Virus record (IMG/VR): IMGVR_UViG_3300044644_001125
Coordinates: 1 to 64,000 of that record
DNA length: 64,000 bases
Reading direction: 5' to 3' (one strand)
Shown here: in pieces, positions 19,614-30,111 of the stretch
Numbering within the stretch: the first letter of the stretch is position 1
Layout: each line of letters starts with the position of its first letter
Notes under the pieces: model-generated
What the model saw: the letters and a program-made list of their open reading frames with translations, nothing else
Told to the model about the DNA's origin: nothing
Database searches by the model: none
Translations under genes and position numbers: made by a program

Positions 19614-19996
19614 TTAGCTAATTCTAAGATAGTTTCTATCTTAGTTCTGATATAAGAGTTACTTAATGTAACTTTCAACCCAGTATGTAAGTGGTGTGGT
19701 AAGAAGTTGATATCACACCACGATATTGTTTTTGAACTGGTTGTTAAAAATTCAGTATCAACCAAACAAACATACGTACCATACTCAAAGCCTTTATCTT
19801 GAGAAAGATACAATTCAATTGGTACTATTTTACCAGTTGAATAACTTTCCATGAGAACATTTGCATCATCCAAAAGAATACCTTCTCTAATGAAAGTGGG
19901 TAAAGTCCATTTACCATTCTCCAAAATTAAAAGTATTCTACTAGTTGTTTTAGCTAAGAATAGTAAACCAGCACGTTGCGTTGGTTTTATACTCAT
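19610..19996 (-). CDS. NUDIX-fold-like hypothetical protein
   Basis: RAGLLFLA...RILLILE.GKW.LP, F.Y.TYV.LV..EF, LP..LH.GL pattern; catalytic Nudix box looks degenerate. Confidence 0.45.
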   Translation of the reverse strand: MSIKPTQRAGLLFLAKTTSRILLILENGKWTLPTFIREGILLDDANVLMESYSTGKIVPIELYLSQDKGFEYGTYVCLVDTEFLTTSSKTISWCDINFLPHHLHTGLKVTLSNSYIRTKIETILELAN

Positions 19997-21408
19997 GGTG
20001 CTAAGTTAAATCCCCAGAATCCAGCAACATATTCACCTTCAAATGCTCTAAGCCATTCTGTACCTTCCCATCTATATTTTATACCTGTTTTCAAGTTTTG
20101 AACATAGGTTGGTACTGTTGCAATTGTTTGATCAAATACTGCATTCCATTTAGTACCAGACCATTCTATGATTGAATTGGTTGGTATAATTGGGTCAGAA
20201 CCATCTAAATTTTTCCAAGCAATTGGTCCGATATAATCTGGACTAACATTTGGTATATCATTAACTGAACCTAACATCAAATATCTTATACCAACTGGTA
20301 TACCAGATTGATTTCCGTACACTTCGACTGGATTGTATTTGGCGGGGTCTATAATCGCATCGATAGTTCCTTTACCAGCCAATCCATTTACTGGGCTTTG
20401 AATAATGGTATTTGCAGGTATTGTATCTGCATCGAATGTAACAATTATTTTAGACGGATCAGTTTCTGATATGGTAAATGTACCAACCATATTGTACCCA
20501 GATGGTTGTTTAAAGTACACTTGGCTTAATGGCGAATAGTTGCCAGTAATATCAATAACAGTATGCCAGTCAATTGCTTTATCTAACATTGCAGTTAAGT
20601 CATAATCATACTGACCACCAGTTGCGGATTTAATCAAGAATACATTAATATCAGCTAATGTAGTAACCACTTGCATATCTGCTGCTTGTTGTTCATATAT
20701 CAATGAACTCAAATCAACGATATCACCGGCATCCGTGAATACGTTACTAATAATAGTTTGAATAATACCAAGTCTTTTTACTTTTGCTGGTGGTGAAATG
20801 TAAATTGGCATTGTAAATTCTAAACTACACACATCGATTTCAGATTCCAAACCTTGTGGTATTTGCCTTGATGAAAACGTAATATTTTTTACATTAACTA
20901 CTGATAAGCTAGTCCAATCAACGAAGTTATCGTTGGTTTGAATTTCCAAACTAGGGTTAAACATACCCAAAATCTGTTCAAGTAATTGCAACTTTTGGTC
21001 AGTATTACTTGTCCAAATGTCTGCTTTCATCGATAACATGAATGGTGTTGGCATTAGTCGTTCAACTGTATATCCACCACCTTGTACATTTTCATATTGC
21101 AGCGTATCACCTGAACCAGTGTATCTTCGTTGTCTAATGTTTATTTTACTAACAAATGTTGAATCTGAAGTTCTATCCCTATCCATTTCTAAACCAGTTA
21201 CATAGCATGATATTCTAGGAACGGTTAGCATTTTGTTTTCAGAATTCTCTTTAATAACACTTGCAACCTGTCTAGTCATATCACCGTACATAACTGGGAT
21301 ATGTTTTTCTTCAGGTGTTGATCCACCCGTTTTATATTTGAATCCAATGAATATACGCATGAACTGCGTTATATATCGTCGTATTTGCCCGTCGTACTGA
21401 TGGTCCAT
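19993..21408 (-). CDS. Tail completion/sheath stabiliser (T4 gp15-like) with C-terminal extension
   Basis: RRYITQFMRIF, PV.YGD, PRIS.Y..GL, MPTPF.L....DIW..N..QKLQLLEQI...FNP motifs. Confidence 0.7.
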   Translation of the reverse strand: MDHQYDGQIRRYITQFMRIFIGFKYKTGGSTPEEKHIPVMYGDMTRQVASVIKENSENKMLTVPRISCYVTGLEMDRDRTSDSTFVSKINIRQRRYTGSGDTLQYENVQGGGYTVERLMPTPFMLSMKADIWTSNTDQKLQLLEQILGMFNPSLEIQTNDNFVDWTSLSVVNVKNITFSSRQIPQGLESEIDVCSLEFTMPIYISPPAKVKRLGIIQTIISNVFTDAGDIVDLSSLIYEQQAADMQVVTTLADINVFLIKSATGGQYDYDLTAMLDKAIDWHTVIDITGNYSPLSQVYFKQPSGYNMVGTFTISETDPSKIIVTFDADTIPANTIIQSPVNGLAGKGTIDAIIDPAKYNPVEVYGNQSGIPVGIRYLMLGSVNDIPNVSPDYIGPIAWKNLDGSDPIIPTNSIIEWSGTKWNAVFDQTIATVPTYVQNLKTGIKYRWEGTEWLRAFEGEYVAGFWGFNLAP

Positions 21409-22670
21409 TAATTGTCTGCCTCTGGTCTTAATGCTTTTGATAAACTTTGTTTTTCTTTGATGACGTGACCATCAATAACATGGGTTGTGTCGTTATTAAT
21501 AAACGTACCACGCTGTGTTAATCTGACATCTTTACCTTCATATTCAGCACCTGGTTTAGTATCACTATATCCCAAGTTAGTCACTGTCATTCTTACAGAA
21601 TCTTCCATTTTAACCCACTTGTTATTCGTGAATTGGAATAATCTGTTAGGTGTATAATCAGTTCGTAAACAATACTGCCCATCGACAGGCGCGATCGGGA
21701 ATACAATACCGGCAGTGAACTGGGCACCATTTGGTGGAATACCATCACCTATTAAATATCCGTTATAGCCTGGTTTATTTGGATTTTGGAACATAGTAGA
21801 AGTCGTTGGATTTACATACACTGGATTGCCATTAGTATCAAATAAAGGATTGCCTGCTTTATCAGTAGCTTGAGTTTGAATAGTAGTATCTAAAGTATCG
21901 GAATTGGCTTGTACAATTTCAACTAATCCATATCTATCTTGTTGAATTGTATAGTATGGCGTTATATCATACCCACTCAATGGAAGATCTTTATCTGCTT
22001 GGTCTAATACCGCATGTGTGATTTGCATTTCTTTTTGGTAAGTTGACATGATATCTCTTAATGTCAATCCGTCATCATTTTCATCATCGGCTAATCCATC
22101 TAAAATATCTTTAAATTCTTGACTATCAACTAATGGTTTGCACTTAGCTCTGTATAAATGTGGGTACCAAAGAGCAGAAAAACCTTGACTAGCACGGCTA
22201 ACTTCTTCTACAACATAGAATCGTTTTAACGCATACTGTAGATCATTTAGGGCGTACTCATCTTTTAGATGTGGTAATTCGATAACATCACCTGATATAA
22301 TCTTTCTACCTAACTTTTCTACTGTATCATTAATATGAAAACTAATGAATATAGTATCATTCTGTAAGAATAAACCAAACTGACTTAAGTTAAAATCGAT
22401 GTCTTGTACATTATAATGTCCACGGAGTACATAAACTGATGGGTCGTATTTTCTATCACGGTTTTCTAAGAACAGCAAATCTTGAATCTGGGTTGGATCC
22501 GTAGTTGAATATGCAGGTGTTGTCGGTGTATTTTCTGCTGAATCACCTGGTCCAAGATAGCGGTGGACAAGCACATCCACACCACCAACTTGGAACATTT
22601 CCCAAATGGTTTTGTCTATGAACTTATAATCGCTTCCTTTCTCGGGTCTGTATAGTGAAAGTCTCGGCAC
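21408..22670 (-). CDS. Neck/head closure protein (T4 gp14-like)
   Basis: GTG start with GGAG RBS; FLENRDRKY, DFNLSQFGLFL, LGRKIISGDVIELP motifs; divergent from gp13-like gene. Confidence 0.72.
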   Translation of the reverse strand: MPRLSLYRPEKGSDYKFIDKTIWEMFQVGGVDVLVHRYLGPGDSAENTPTTPAYSTTDPTQIQDLLFLENRDRKYDPSVYVLRGHYNVQDIDFNLSQFGLFLQNDTIFISFHINDTVEKLGRKIISGDVIELPHLKDEYALNDLQYALKRFYVVEEVSRASQGFSALWYPHLYRAKCKPLVDSQEFKDILDGLADDENDDGLTLRDIMSTYQKEMQITHAVLDQADKDLPLSGYDITPYYTIQQDRYGLVEIVQANSDTLDTTIQTQATDKAGNPLFDTNGNPVYVNPTTSTMFQNPNKPGYNGYLIGDGIPPNGAQFTAGIVFPIAPVDGQYCLRTDYTPNRLFQFTNNKWVKMEDSVRMTVTNLGYSDTKPGAEYEGKDVRLTQRGTFINNDTTHVIDGHVIKEKQSLSKALRPEADN

Positions 22671-22690
22671 TTGAATCTCCTAGTTTCTAA

Positions 22691-22716
22691 TATTTAGCCG
22701 CATTTAGGGCTAAATA
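22691..22716. promoter_or_regulatory. Back-to-back late promoters for the two neck genes
   Basis: TATTTAGCC (22691-22699) and GGCTAAATA (22708-22716) form a perfect 9-bp inverted repeat between divergent genes. Confidence 0.75.
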
Positions 22717-22721
22717 CAAGC

Positions 22722-23483
22722 ATGAATACTAATATTGATCAAGCAAAACAAAGTGTATACGATTACTGCCGAGTATTTCTGGGCGAAGGATTAATTGATG
22801 TGGAATTGGATCCAATCCATTATGAAACTGCATTAAATCGAGCACTTGCTACCTTTAGACAACGCGGTGATAATTCCGTGGAAGAAAGTTATGCGTTCTT
22901 GACCTTAACAGAAAGTCAAAACACTTACATCCTACCGCAAGAAATCCAGCAAGTTCGTCAAATCTTTAGACGATCAGTTGGTTCTCGTACTGGTAATGGT
23001 ACTGGTGGTACCGTATTTGAACCATTCAATATGGCTTATACGAATACTTACTTGTTGAGTTCAACTAACATGGGTGGTTTATTGACATATGAATTATTTG
23101 CACAATATCAAGAATTAGTTGGTAAGATGTTTGGTTCTTATATCGCATTTACATGGAATCCACAATCACGTAAGTTGTTTATCGAACAACGGCCACGCGG
23201 TGAGGAAGAAGTACTGCTACATGTTTACAATACACGACCTGATAGCGCAATCATTAACGATACCTATGCTGGTCAATGGATTAAAGATTACACACTTGCT
23301 AATTGTAAGATAATTTTAGGACAAGCACGTGAGAAGTTTTCAACTATCGCTGGTCCACAAGGCGGTGGTACACTCAATGGTGCCCAATTGAAAGCAGAAG
23401 GTACTGCTGAAATTGAGAAGTTGATGAATGATCTCATCACATCGGTACCCGGCGGAACCGGATATACTTGGATCATCGGATAA
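22722..23483 (+). CDS. Neck/head-tail adaptor protein (T4 gp13-like)
   Basis: LG...IDVELD, WIKDYTLA.CK..LGQAR.KF..IAGPQGG.TLNG...K.E motifs. Confidence 0.85.
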   Translation: MNTNIDQAKQSVYDYCRVFLGEGLIDVELDPIHYETALNRALATFRQRGDNSVEESYAFLTLTESQNTYILPQEIQQVRQIFRRSVGSRTGNGTGGTVFEPFNMAYTNTYLLSSTNMGGLLTYELFAQYQELVGKMFGSYIAFTWNPQSRKLFIEQRPRGEEEVLLHVYNTRPDSAIINDTYAGQWIKDYTLANCKIILGQAREKFSTIAGPQGGGTLNGAQLKAEGTAEIEKLMNDLITSVPGGTGYTWIIG

Positions 23484-23548
23484 TTTATTGATTTATAACG
23501 AGTTTTTCTCATAATAATTACATGTTCAAACTCCTTTTTAATAGTTCA

Positions 23549-23585
23549 AAAGGTTAATTGGGTTTCCAATTAGCCTTTCTTTTTG
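23549..23585 (+). terminator. Probable terminator
   Basis: AAAGGTTAATTGG-GTTT-CCAATTAGCCTTT followed by CTTTTT. Confidence 0.7.
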
Positions 23586-23630
23586 TCTAGTGATAATGTA
23601 TAATAACCTAATACAACTTAGGAATTTCAC

Positions 23631-24287
23631 ATGACAAACAAACTTATTATTGGTATAGTTGGTAACATCGGTTGCGGTAAAGATACCATAGCACATTACT
23701 TAACGCAATTTCATGATTTCAACCAACTGAGTTTTGCAAACTCATTAAAAGATGCGGTATCCAGTGTCTTTGGTTGGGATAGGGAAATGGTTGAAGGTCG
23801 TACACAGGAATCAAGAGAATGGCGTGAAACAGTAGATCCATTCTGGTCAAAAAGATTATCAATGCCAACCTTAACTCCAAGATGGGTTTTACAACAATGG
23901 GGTACTGAGTTAGCTAGAAAGCATTTCCATGATGACATTTGGATTGCCAGTCTCGAGAATAAAATCAGTAAAGCGAATACAAACATCGTAATAAGTGATT
24001 GTAGATTTCCAAATGAGATTCAGGCTATTAGAGATTTAGGTGGAAGTATTATACGTGTTCAACGTGGTGAATTACCAGACTGGTATGCCGATGCAGAGTT
24101 GGCATTAACTGGTTCTATCATTGGTATTAATCGGTTAAAGGACAAACAAATCCACGCAAGTGAATGGGCATGGCTTGGTTCTAAGTTTGATATAGTTATC
24201 GACAATAACGGTACAGTTGATCAATTATACGGCCAAGTTTCTGCATTTATTGACAATAAGTTACAGATCAAAATCTCTCAAGCGTGA
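23631..24287 (+). CDS. Deoxynucleoside monophosphate kinase (T4 gp1-like)
   Basis: GIVGNIGCGKDT P-loop, SFANSLKD, PRWVLQQWGTE, VISDCRFPNE. Confidence 0.9.
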   Translation: MTNKLIIGIVGNIGCGKDTIAHYLTQFHDFNQLSFANSLKDAVSSVFGWDREMVEGRTQESREWRETVDPFWSKRLSMPTLTPRWVLQQWGTELARKHFHDDIWIASLENKISKANTNIVISDCRFPNEIQAIRDLGGSIIRVQRGELPDWYADAELALTGSIIGINRLKDKQIHASEWAWLGSKFDIVIDNNGTVDQLYGQVSAFIDNKLQIKISQA

Positions 24288-24306
24288 AATAGTCGTAAAC
24301 TCACCG

Positions 24307-24332
24307 AAAAGCCTACATTTTTGTAGGCTTTT
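24307..24332 (+). terminator. Rho-independent (possibly bidirectional) terminator
   Basis: AAAAGCCTACA-TTTT-TGTAGGCTTTT. Confidence 0.85.
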
Positions 24333-24417
24333 GTTGTTAAAATCACCCAAAATTTCGCAAGCCATTTCAGCATTGTAGCTAAATACTCCTAGTACACTAT
24401 TATCTAGGAGATTAAGT

Positions 24418-27400
24418 ATGGCATTACAATCACCCGGCGTACAAGTAACGGTAATAGATGAGAGTTTTTATACACCTGCAGCACCAGGTACAACTCCGTT
24501 GATCGTTATCGCCACAGGACAAAACAAAACAAACGCATCTGGTACCAGTATCGCTAGTGGTACAACAACAGCAACGATTGGTAAAGTTTATAATATCACA
24601 AGTCAACGAGATTTGGTTGATTTTTATGGTCTTCCCTATTTCCAAACTACACCTTCAGCTACTCCTATTCATGGCGGTGAACGCAATGAATATGGTCTTT
24701 TAGCTGCATATAGCTTTTTAGGTGTTAGTAATTCAGCATTTATTTTACGTGCTGATATCGACTTAGACCAATTGATGGGAGACGAAGTCGCTCCTGGTGC
24801 TAACCCAACTGATGGTACATGGTGGGTCGATACACGTACCTCACTTTGGGGTATTCATGAATGGAACGGTAGTGCTCCGACCGTTGCGCATGGTCAAACA
24901 TTTACAGCTAAAACACCGTTAGTGCTAAGTGACGCTGATGCAAGTCAAATTGATCCAGCTACACGCGCACCTATGGGTATTGGTGCAATTGGCGAATACG
25001 CAGTTGTATTCGAAACTATCAAAGGTGATGGTACATTTGCTGCTGACAAAGAACAAGCAAAATTATGGTACAAATCTGCTGGTAATGGCGAGATTGGTGT
25101 TGATGGATATCCAGGCGGGTTATCAGTTTCTGTATCAGCTGGTCAATGGGTATTGGTTGGTAGCCAAGAATGGGCTGCAAGTCACCCAACTGTTGTTGGT
25201 AGTAAAGTAGCTGCAATCGATTCATCTGCTGGTAAAGTATTCTCAATCAATGGTATCGATGTTACTATTGGTGCGCAATGGTCTTCATTGTCAGAATTAG
25301 TAACAACTATTAATGGTTTAGGTATCATTGGTGTTGCTGCTCGTGAAGTTAATGGAGTATTGAATCTATATACAGACGGCGTTAATGATTTGGGTCCTGG
25401 TGATTCAACATTAAGCAACGCAATCGTAATTGCTGCTGGTACTGCAACTTCTGGTATGTTATCTACTGATTTAGGTATCACAGTTGGTTCATACTACGGT
25501 CCTGCATTACAACAAGCACCGCACACTTCAGTTCCAGAATGGAAAATTTCTGATCAACCTTCAGTTTCTGATTACCCAACTGGTCGTCGTCCAAGTGGTT
25601 CTGTTTGGATTAAATCAACTAGTATCGGTGGTGGTGCACGTATTCGTGCAAAACGTTGGAGTTCAGCAACTTTATCTTGGGTTTCTTATGATGTCCCAAT
25701 GTATTCTTCTGCAAGCGCAGCATTATATGGATTGGATAGAACAAAAGGTGGTTTCAACATTCCAACAAATTCACTGTACATCCAAACTAACAGTGAAGAA
25801 AATAGTGGTTGGGATTCAACACCAGAAACAGCAACATTCCGCATGTGGCGTAGAGCAGCATCTGGTCAAACTACTGTAATTTCACCAAAATTAACTGCTA
25901 CTAGTATCAGCACTGGAAACAGCACTGTAACATTTAGTTTAGCAGAAACAGTTGAAGGTGAAGCTGCATTACGTCCAGCTAAAACCGTTTCATTCACTGC
26001 ACATGGTACAATTGCTGATTTAGTAACATTGGTTGATGCAATCAATGCTGCTGGTTTTGTTCATATCAAAGCAGAAAAAACTGCAAACAATGAATTGAAA
26101 CTTTACCACAAATTAGGTGGTGATATCAGAATCACTGATACAACTGCAACCATTGCTAAATTATTCACACCATTCAGTTTAGATACTTTATTGGGTACTG
26201 CTAACTTCTATGCTTTACCAGAAAATGCAGTTGGTGATTACTTAATTTCTAACTGGCAACCATTTGCAGCTAGTGGTTTTGAAGCAACTGATACTGCCCC
26301 ATTAAACACTCCAGATGACAATCAATTATGGTACGATACTCGTTTAGCTGAAGTTGATATCATGGTTCACAATGGTAAAACTTGGGTGGGTTATCGTTCA
26401 GAAACTGCTCCATATTTTGATATTGATAGAATTACGGTAGCCCCTATCGTTGCAGCATCTAACCCATGGACTTCTGATACACAAACTGGTGACTTATGGA
26501 TTTCTACTGCTGATTTAGAAAATTATCCATTAATCTATCGTTACAACAGCAACTTACGTGGTTCTGCATTATCAGAAAAATGGGAATTAGTTGACGTAAC
26601 TGATCAACAAACTGAAACTGGTATCTTATTTGCAGATGCTCGTTATGGAAATTCTGGTGAAACTGGTAACATTGAAGCAAGTATCGAATCTTTATTGGTT
26701 AGTAACTTCTTAGACCCAGATGCTCCAGATCCTGCTCTATATCCAAAAGGTATGTTGTTATGGAATCTCCGTAGAAGTGGTGGTAACGTTAAACGTTTCA
26801 AACAAAACTACTTCACAGTAGCTGAAGATAACGCAAGATATGATAACATTCACTCACCATTAGGTCAAACTTATGTTGCTGGCGAAAGTATGGTTGATTA
26901 TCAATTAGACCGTTGGGTTACTGCAAGTGCTAATAACGAAGATGGTTCTGGTTCATTCGGTCGTAAAGCACAACGTAGTGTTGTAGTTGCTTCATTAAGA
27001 ACTGCAGTTAACACTAGCTACGAAGCTCGTGATGAAGAACGTAGAAACTTCAACTTGATGGCATGTCCTGGATACCCTGAAGTAATGGGTGACTTAGTTA
27101 ACTTAAACATCGACCGTGGTTTAACTTCATTCGTTATTGGTGATACACCTTTACGTTTACCTGCTGATGCAACTTCAATCACTGATTGGGGTACTAATGC
27201 TCGTACTGTAGTTAGTAATGGTGATGCTGGTATGGTTACTTATGATGAATACTTGGCTGTGTTCTATCCAAATGGTATCACTGTTGATTTATCTGGTAAC
27301 AAAGTTGTTGTTCCAGCAAGTCACATGATGTTGAAAACAATTGCGTTATCAGACAACGTTTCATACCCTTGGTTTGCTCCAGCTGGTACACGCCGTGGTG

Positions 27401-27894
27401 CTATCACTAATGCTGATTCAGTTGGTTATATTGATGCTTCATCTGGTGAATACCAAACAGTTGCTCTTAACGAAGGTCAACGTGATACTCTCTATGATGC
27501 AAAAATTAACCCAATCACATTCTTTGTTGGTGCTGGTCATGTTAACTTTGGTCAAAAAACACGTGCGAAAAACGCAAGTGCATTAGATAGAATCAACGTA
27601 TCTCGTTTGACTGTTTACTTGAGAATTCAATTAAACAAACTATCACGTCCATTTATTTTTGAACCAAACGATAAAACTACACGCGACGAAATGAAACAAG
27701 CGTGTGAAAGTTTGTTATTAGAGTTGGTTGGTTTACGCGCAATTTCTGACTATGCAGTTGTTTGTGACTCATCAAATAACACACCTACACGAATTGACCG
27801 TAACGAATTATGGGTGGATATCGCTATTGTTCCAATCAAAGCGGTTGAATTCATCTATATCCCATTACGTGTTAAAAACACAGGAGCGATTTAA
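24418..27894 (+). CDS. gp18: Contractile tail sheath protein (T4 gp18-like), enlarged
   Basis: MALQSPGVQVTVIDES N-terminus; YPWFAPAG.RRG, INPI, GQKT, SALDRINV.RL, FEPND..TR C-terminus; CTAAATA at 24379-24385. Confidence 0.95.
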   Translation: MALQSPGVQVTVIDESFYTPAAPGTTPLIVIATGQNKTNASGTSIASGTTTATIGKVYNITSQRDLVDFYGLPYFQTTPSATPIHGGERNEYGLLAAYSFLGVSNSAFILRADIDLDQLMGDEVAPGANPTDGTWWVDTRTSLWGIHEWNGSAPTVAHGQTFTAKTPLVLSDADASQIDPATRAPMGIGAIGEYAVVFETIKGDGTFAADKEQAKLWYKSAGNGEIGVDGYPGGLSVSVSAGQWVLVGSQEWAASHPTVVGSKVAAIDSSAGKVFSINGIDVTIGAQWSSLSELVTTINGLGIIGVAAREVNGVLNLYTDGVNDLGPGDSTLSNAIVIAAGTATSGMLSTDLGITVGSYYGPALQQAPHTSVPEWKISDQPSVSDYPTGRRPSGSVWIKSTSIGGGARIRAKRWSSATLSWVSYDVPMYSSASAALYGLDRTKGGFNIPTNSLYIQTNSEENSGWDSTPETATFRMWRRAASGQTTVISPKLTATSISTGNSTVTFSLAETVEGEAALRPAKTVSFTAHGTIADLVTLVDAINAAGFVHIKAEKTANNELKLYHKLGGDIRITDTTATIAKLFTPFSLDTLLGTANFYALPENAVGDYLISNWQPFAASGFEATDTAPLNTPDDNQLWYDTRLAEVDIMVHNGKTWVGYRSETAPYFDIDRITVAPIVAASNPWTSDTQTGDLWISTADLENYPLIYRYNSNLRGSALSEKWELVDVTDQQTETGILFADARYGNSGETGNIEASIESLLVSNFLDPDAPDPALYPKGMLLWNLRRSGGNVKRFKQNYFTVAEDNARYDNIHSPLGQTYVAGESMVDYQLDRWVTASANNEDGSGSFGRKAQRSVVVASLRTAVNTSYEARDEERRNFNLMACPGYPEVMGDLVNLNIDRGLTSFVIGDTPLRLPADATSITDWGTNARTVVSNGDAGMVTYDEYLAVFYPNGITVDLSGNKVVVPASHMMLKTIALSDNVSYPWFAPAGTRRGAITNADSVGYIDASSGEYQTVALNEGQRDTLYDAKINPITFFVGAGHVNFGQKTRAKNASALDRINVSRLTVYLRIQLNKLSRPFIFEPNDKTTRDEMKQACESLLLELVGLRAISDYAVVCDSSNNTPTRIDRNELWVDIAIVPIKAVEFIYIPLRVKNTGAI

Positions 27895-27896
27895 TC

Positions 27897-28553
27897 ATGG
27901 CATTTAATTCATTAGATAATTTATCAGTTAAACCAGTAGGAGAGGCTAACGCCGTCCTATTGATGCCAAAACTGCAATACCGTTTTCGTGTAACGTTACT
28001 TGGTTTTGCGTCTGAAGCATCAACTGAATTAACCAAACAAGTTGTATCAGTTTCAAGACATACTGTTGGTTTTGAAGAAGTTGTACTTGACGTATACAAC
28101 TCAAAAGTATACTTAGCAGGTAAACCAAAATTCGAACCATTGAAATTAGTGGTTCGTGATGACGCGAATGGCGTTATGCAAAAATTGGTTGGTCAACAAA
28201 TTCAGAAACAATTCGACGTGTTGAACCAAGCAACTGCTAGAAGTGGTATCGATTACAAATTCACTATGCAAGTTGAAATTCTTGACGGTGGTAACGGTGC
28301 AACTTCAGTACAAACTTTAGAAACATCAATGTATTACGGTTGTTTCATTGCAAACGCTGAATATGGTCAATTGGAATATAAATCAAATGAACCAGTTACA
28401 GTGACTTTAACCGTTAGATTCGATAACCTCGAACAATGGGCTAAAGATCAAAACACTACATCAGTATCTGGTGGTATTGGTGCCGCAGTTGCAAGATCTG
28501 CTACATCATCAGCATCTACGGGTGCTGGTATGGGTACATCTGCAACAGGTTAA
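27897..28553 (+). CDS. gp19: Tail tube protein (T4 gp19-like)
   Basis: PKLQYRFRV, YLAGK..FEPL...VRDD, L...YGCFI....YG.L.Y; directly follows the sheath gene. Confidence 0.88.
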   Translation: MAFNSLDNLSVKPVGEANAVLLMPKLQYRFRVTLLGFASEASTELTKQVVSVSRHTVGFEEVVLDVYNSKVYLAGKPKFEPLKLVVRDDANGVMQKLVGQQIQKQFDVLNQATARSGIDYKFTMQVEILDGGNGATSVQTLETSMYYGCFIANAEYGQLEYKSNEPVTVTLTVRFDNLEQWAKDQNTTSVSGGIGAAVARSATSSASTGAGMGTSATG

Positions 28554-28567
28554 TCTCCCACACCATG

Positions 28568-28598
28568 AAAACCCGAGGTTTATCCTCGGGTTTTTTTT
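28568..28598 (+). terminator. Rho-independent terminator
   Basis: AAAACCCGAGG-TTTAT-CCTCGGGTTTTTTTT. Confidence 0.92.
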
Positions 28599-28612
28599 GC
28601 CTAAATACTGGT

Positions 28613-29686
28613 ATGGATAAATTCACTAGATACTTAACAGATTTTGCATCAGGCTTCGTTCAGGGAGTAACACACCCAAAAGGGTTGCTTTCTAACTGGA
28701 GACACGCTACACATTTGTTTGTTGACGACAATTACCGTCTAACACCACGATCAAGATTCTTATTTTATGTTAAATTTACAATGGATAAGAATGCTATTAG
28801 AGCCCCTGCATTTACTGCAAAACACGCAGACGAAGTGGGAATGCTTGTTAAATCGTCTGATTTGCCAAAAATGACATTCAATTCGATAACGAAAAATCAA
28901 TATAATCGCAAGAAACTACTTTATACAGACGTAACATACGAACCAATTAACATAAAATTACACGATGATGCGGATGGTGTTACCAACGCATTATGGGCGC
29001 AGTACTTTGGTTATTACTGTGCTGATAGAATGACAGCCACCTCGTCAAAAGCATACAAAGCCACCCATTATCACCCAACACTCGATCCAGTTGACAATTA
29101 CCGATTTGGTTTGGATAATAATATCACAGCACCATTCTTCACTAAGGTAACTATCTATACAATGAGTAGAAATAGATTCCTTGGTTATGAATTAGTCAAC
29201 CCAAGAATTAAAAAATGGGATCATGGTTCAATGGATCACGCGTCGAATGAGATGCAAGAAAGTATTATGTCTTTAGAATACGAGGCAGTTCGTTACTTAG
29301 GCGGTAATGTAACCACTGATATGCCAGGATTTGCATCACTGCATTACGATACCACACCGTCACCATTGGGTGTTGCTGGTGGTGGTACTGCATCATTAAC
29401 TGGTAATGGTGGTGTATTATCAGGGCTTGAGCAAATATTCGGAGATGTTGCCAATGGCGATTCATTTAGTACATTGGGTGGTTTAATTAGCACAGCCGTG
29501 AAAGCTAAGAATACATTTGATAATTTCAGCAAACTTACAACAGCTGGCGTTGTAAGTGAAGTTGTTGGTAATATCACTAACCCTGGATTATCAAATTCTG
29601 CACGTGGTACATTAGCAACTGATTATATAATGCCTATATTGGATGCACCGCTCGGTACATCAGCAACCCCTAAAAAAATGATATGA
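28613..29686 (+). CDS. Tube-like baseplate/tail tube initiator protein (gp48/gp54-like)
   Basis: True start at ATG 28613 after terminator and CTAAATA (28601-28607); DLPK..F....NQYNRK, YEPINI.LHDD, Y.L.NP.I..WDH tube-fold motifs. Confidence 0.65.
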   Translation: MDKFTRYLTDFASGFVQGVTHPKGLLSNWRHATHLFVDDNYRLTPRSRFLFYVKFTMDKNAIRAPAFTAKHADEVGMLVKSSDLPKMTFNSITKNQYNRKKLLYTDVTYEPINIKLHDDADGVTNALWAQYFGYYCADRMTATSSKAYKATHYHPTLDPVDNYRFGLDNNITAPFFTKVTIYTMSRNRFLGYELVNPRIKKWDHGSMDHASNEMQESIMSLEYEAVRYLGGNVTTDMPGFASLHYDTTPSPLGVAGGGTASLTGNGGVLSGLEQIFGDVANGDSFSTLGGLISTAVKAKNTFDNFSKLTTAGVVSEVVGNITNPGLSNSARGTLATDYIMPILDAPLGTSATPKKMI

Positions 29687-30111
29687 CAACAAATCTACCA
29701 TTCGTAAATCAATCAGATAATTCAGAATACCAAACTAAGGTATTACTAACTAGTACTGGCCAATCTGCATTGGAGTTCGCAACCACTGATTATGATATGA
29801 CTTTATCATTTTTTATTGGTCAAGGATTTTCCGATGATGCAGCATCAGTCGTTGCAAACGCAATATTAACACAAGCAAAGAAAGGTTATGTATACACTAT
29901 TTCTGATACCGGTGCTATTTTGATTACTAAAGGAAAGGCTGGACCAACCCCAGTTTTTAAAATATTAGATACATTAAAACCTGTCACTGGTACTATATTC
30001 ATGAGTACATTAGTTGGTAGTATATTAAATGGTGACCGAGGACCAACATCGATTCTAGGTTATAAACAACAAAACGATAATACCAAAGTTTCACGGAATG
30101 TGGCAGCATAA
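29683..30111 (+). CDS. Hypothetical (probable virion) protein
   Basis: 142 aa ORF coupled by ATGA-type overlaps in the structural operon. Confidence 0.5.
   Translation: MTTNLPFVNQSDNSEYQTKVLLTSTGQSALEFATTDYDMTLSFFIGQGFSDDAASVVANAILTQAKKGYVYTISDTGAILITKGKAGPTPVFKILDTLKPVTGTIFMSTLVGSILNGDRGPTSILGYKQQNDNTKVSRNVAA

Noticed and set aside
19611-19644. Palindromes at the convergent gene junction as a special element
   Set aside because: AATTAGCTAATT and CTAAGATAG-TTT-CTATCTTAG are AT-rich, lie in coding sequence and lack a U-tract; at most a weak terminator
28565-28612. Track start of ORF 28565
   Set aside because: The extension runs through a terminator and a late promoter; ATG 28613 is the plausible start. 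Starts at 15165, 37197, 36562, 43334, 46513, 48844, 54373 and 58917 were shortened for similar reasons
27897-29686. Tail assembly chaperone programmed frameshift or tape measure gene
   Set aside because: No slippery-site ORF pair or long helical tape-measure ORF follows the tube gene here
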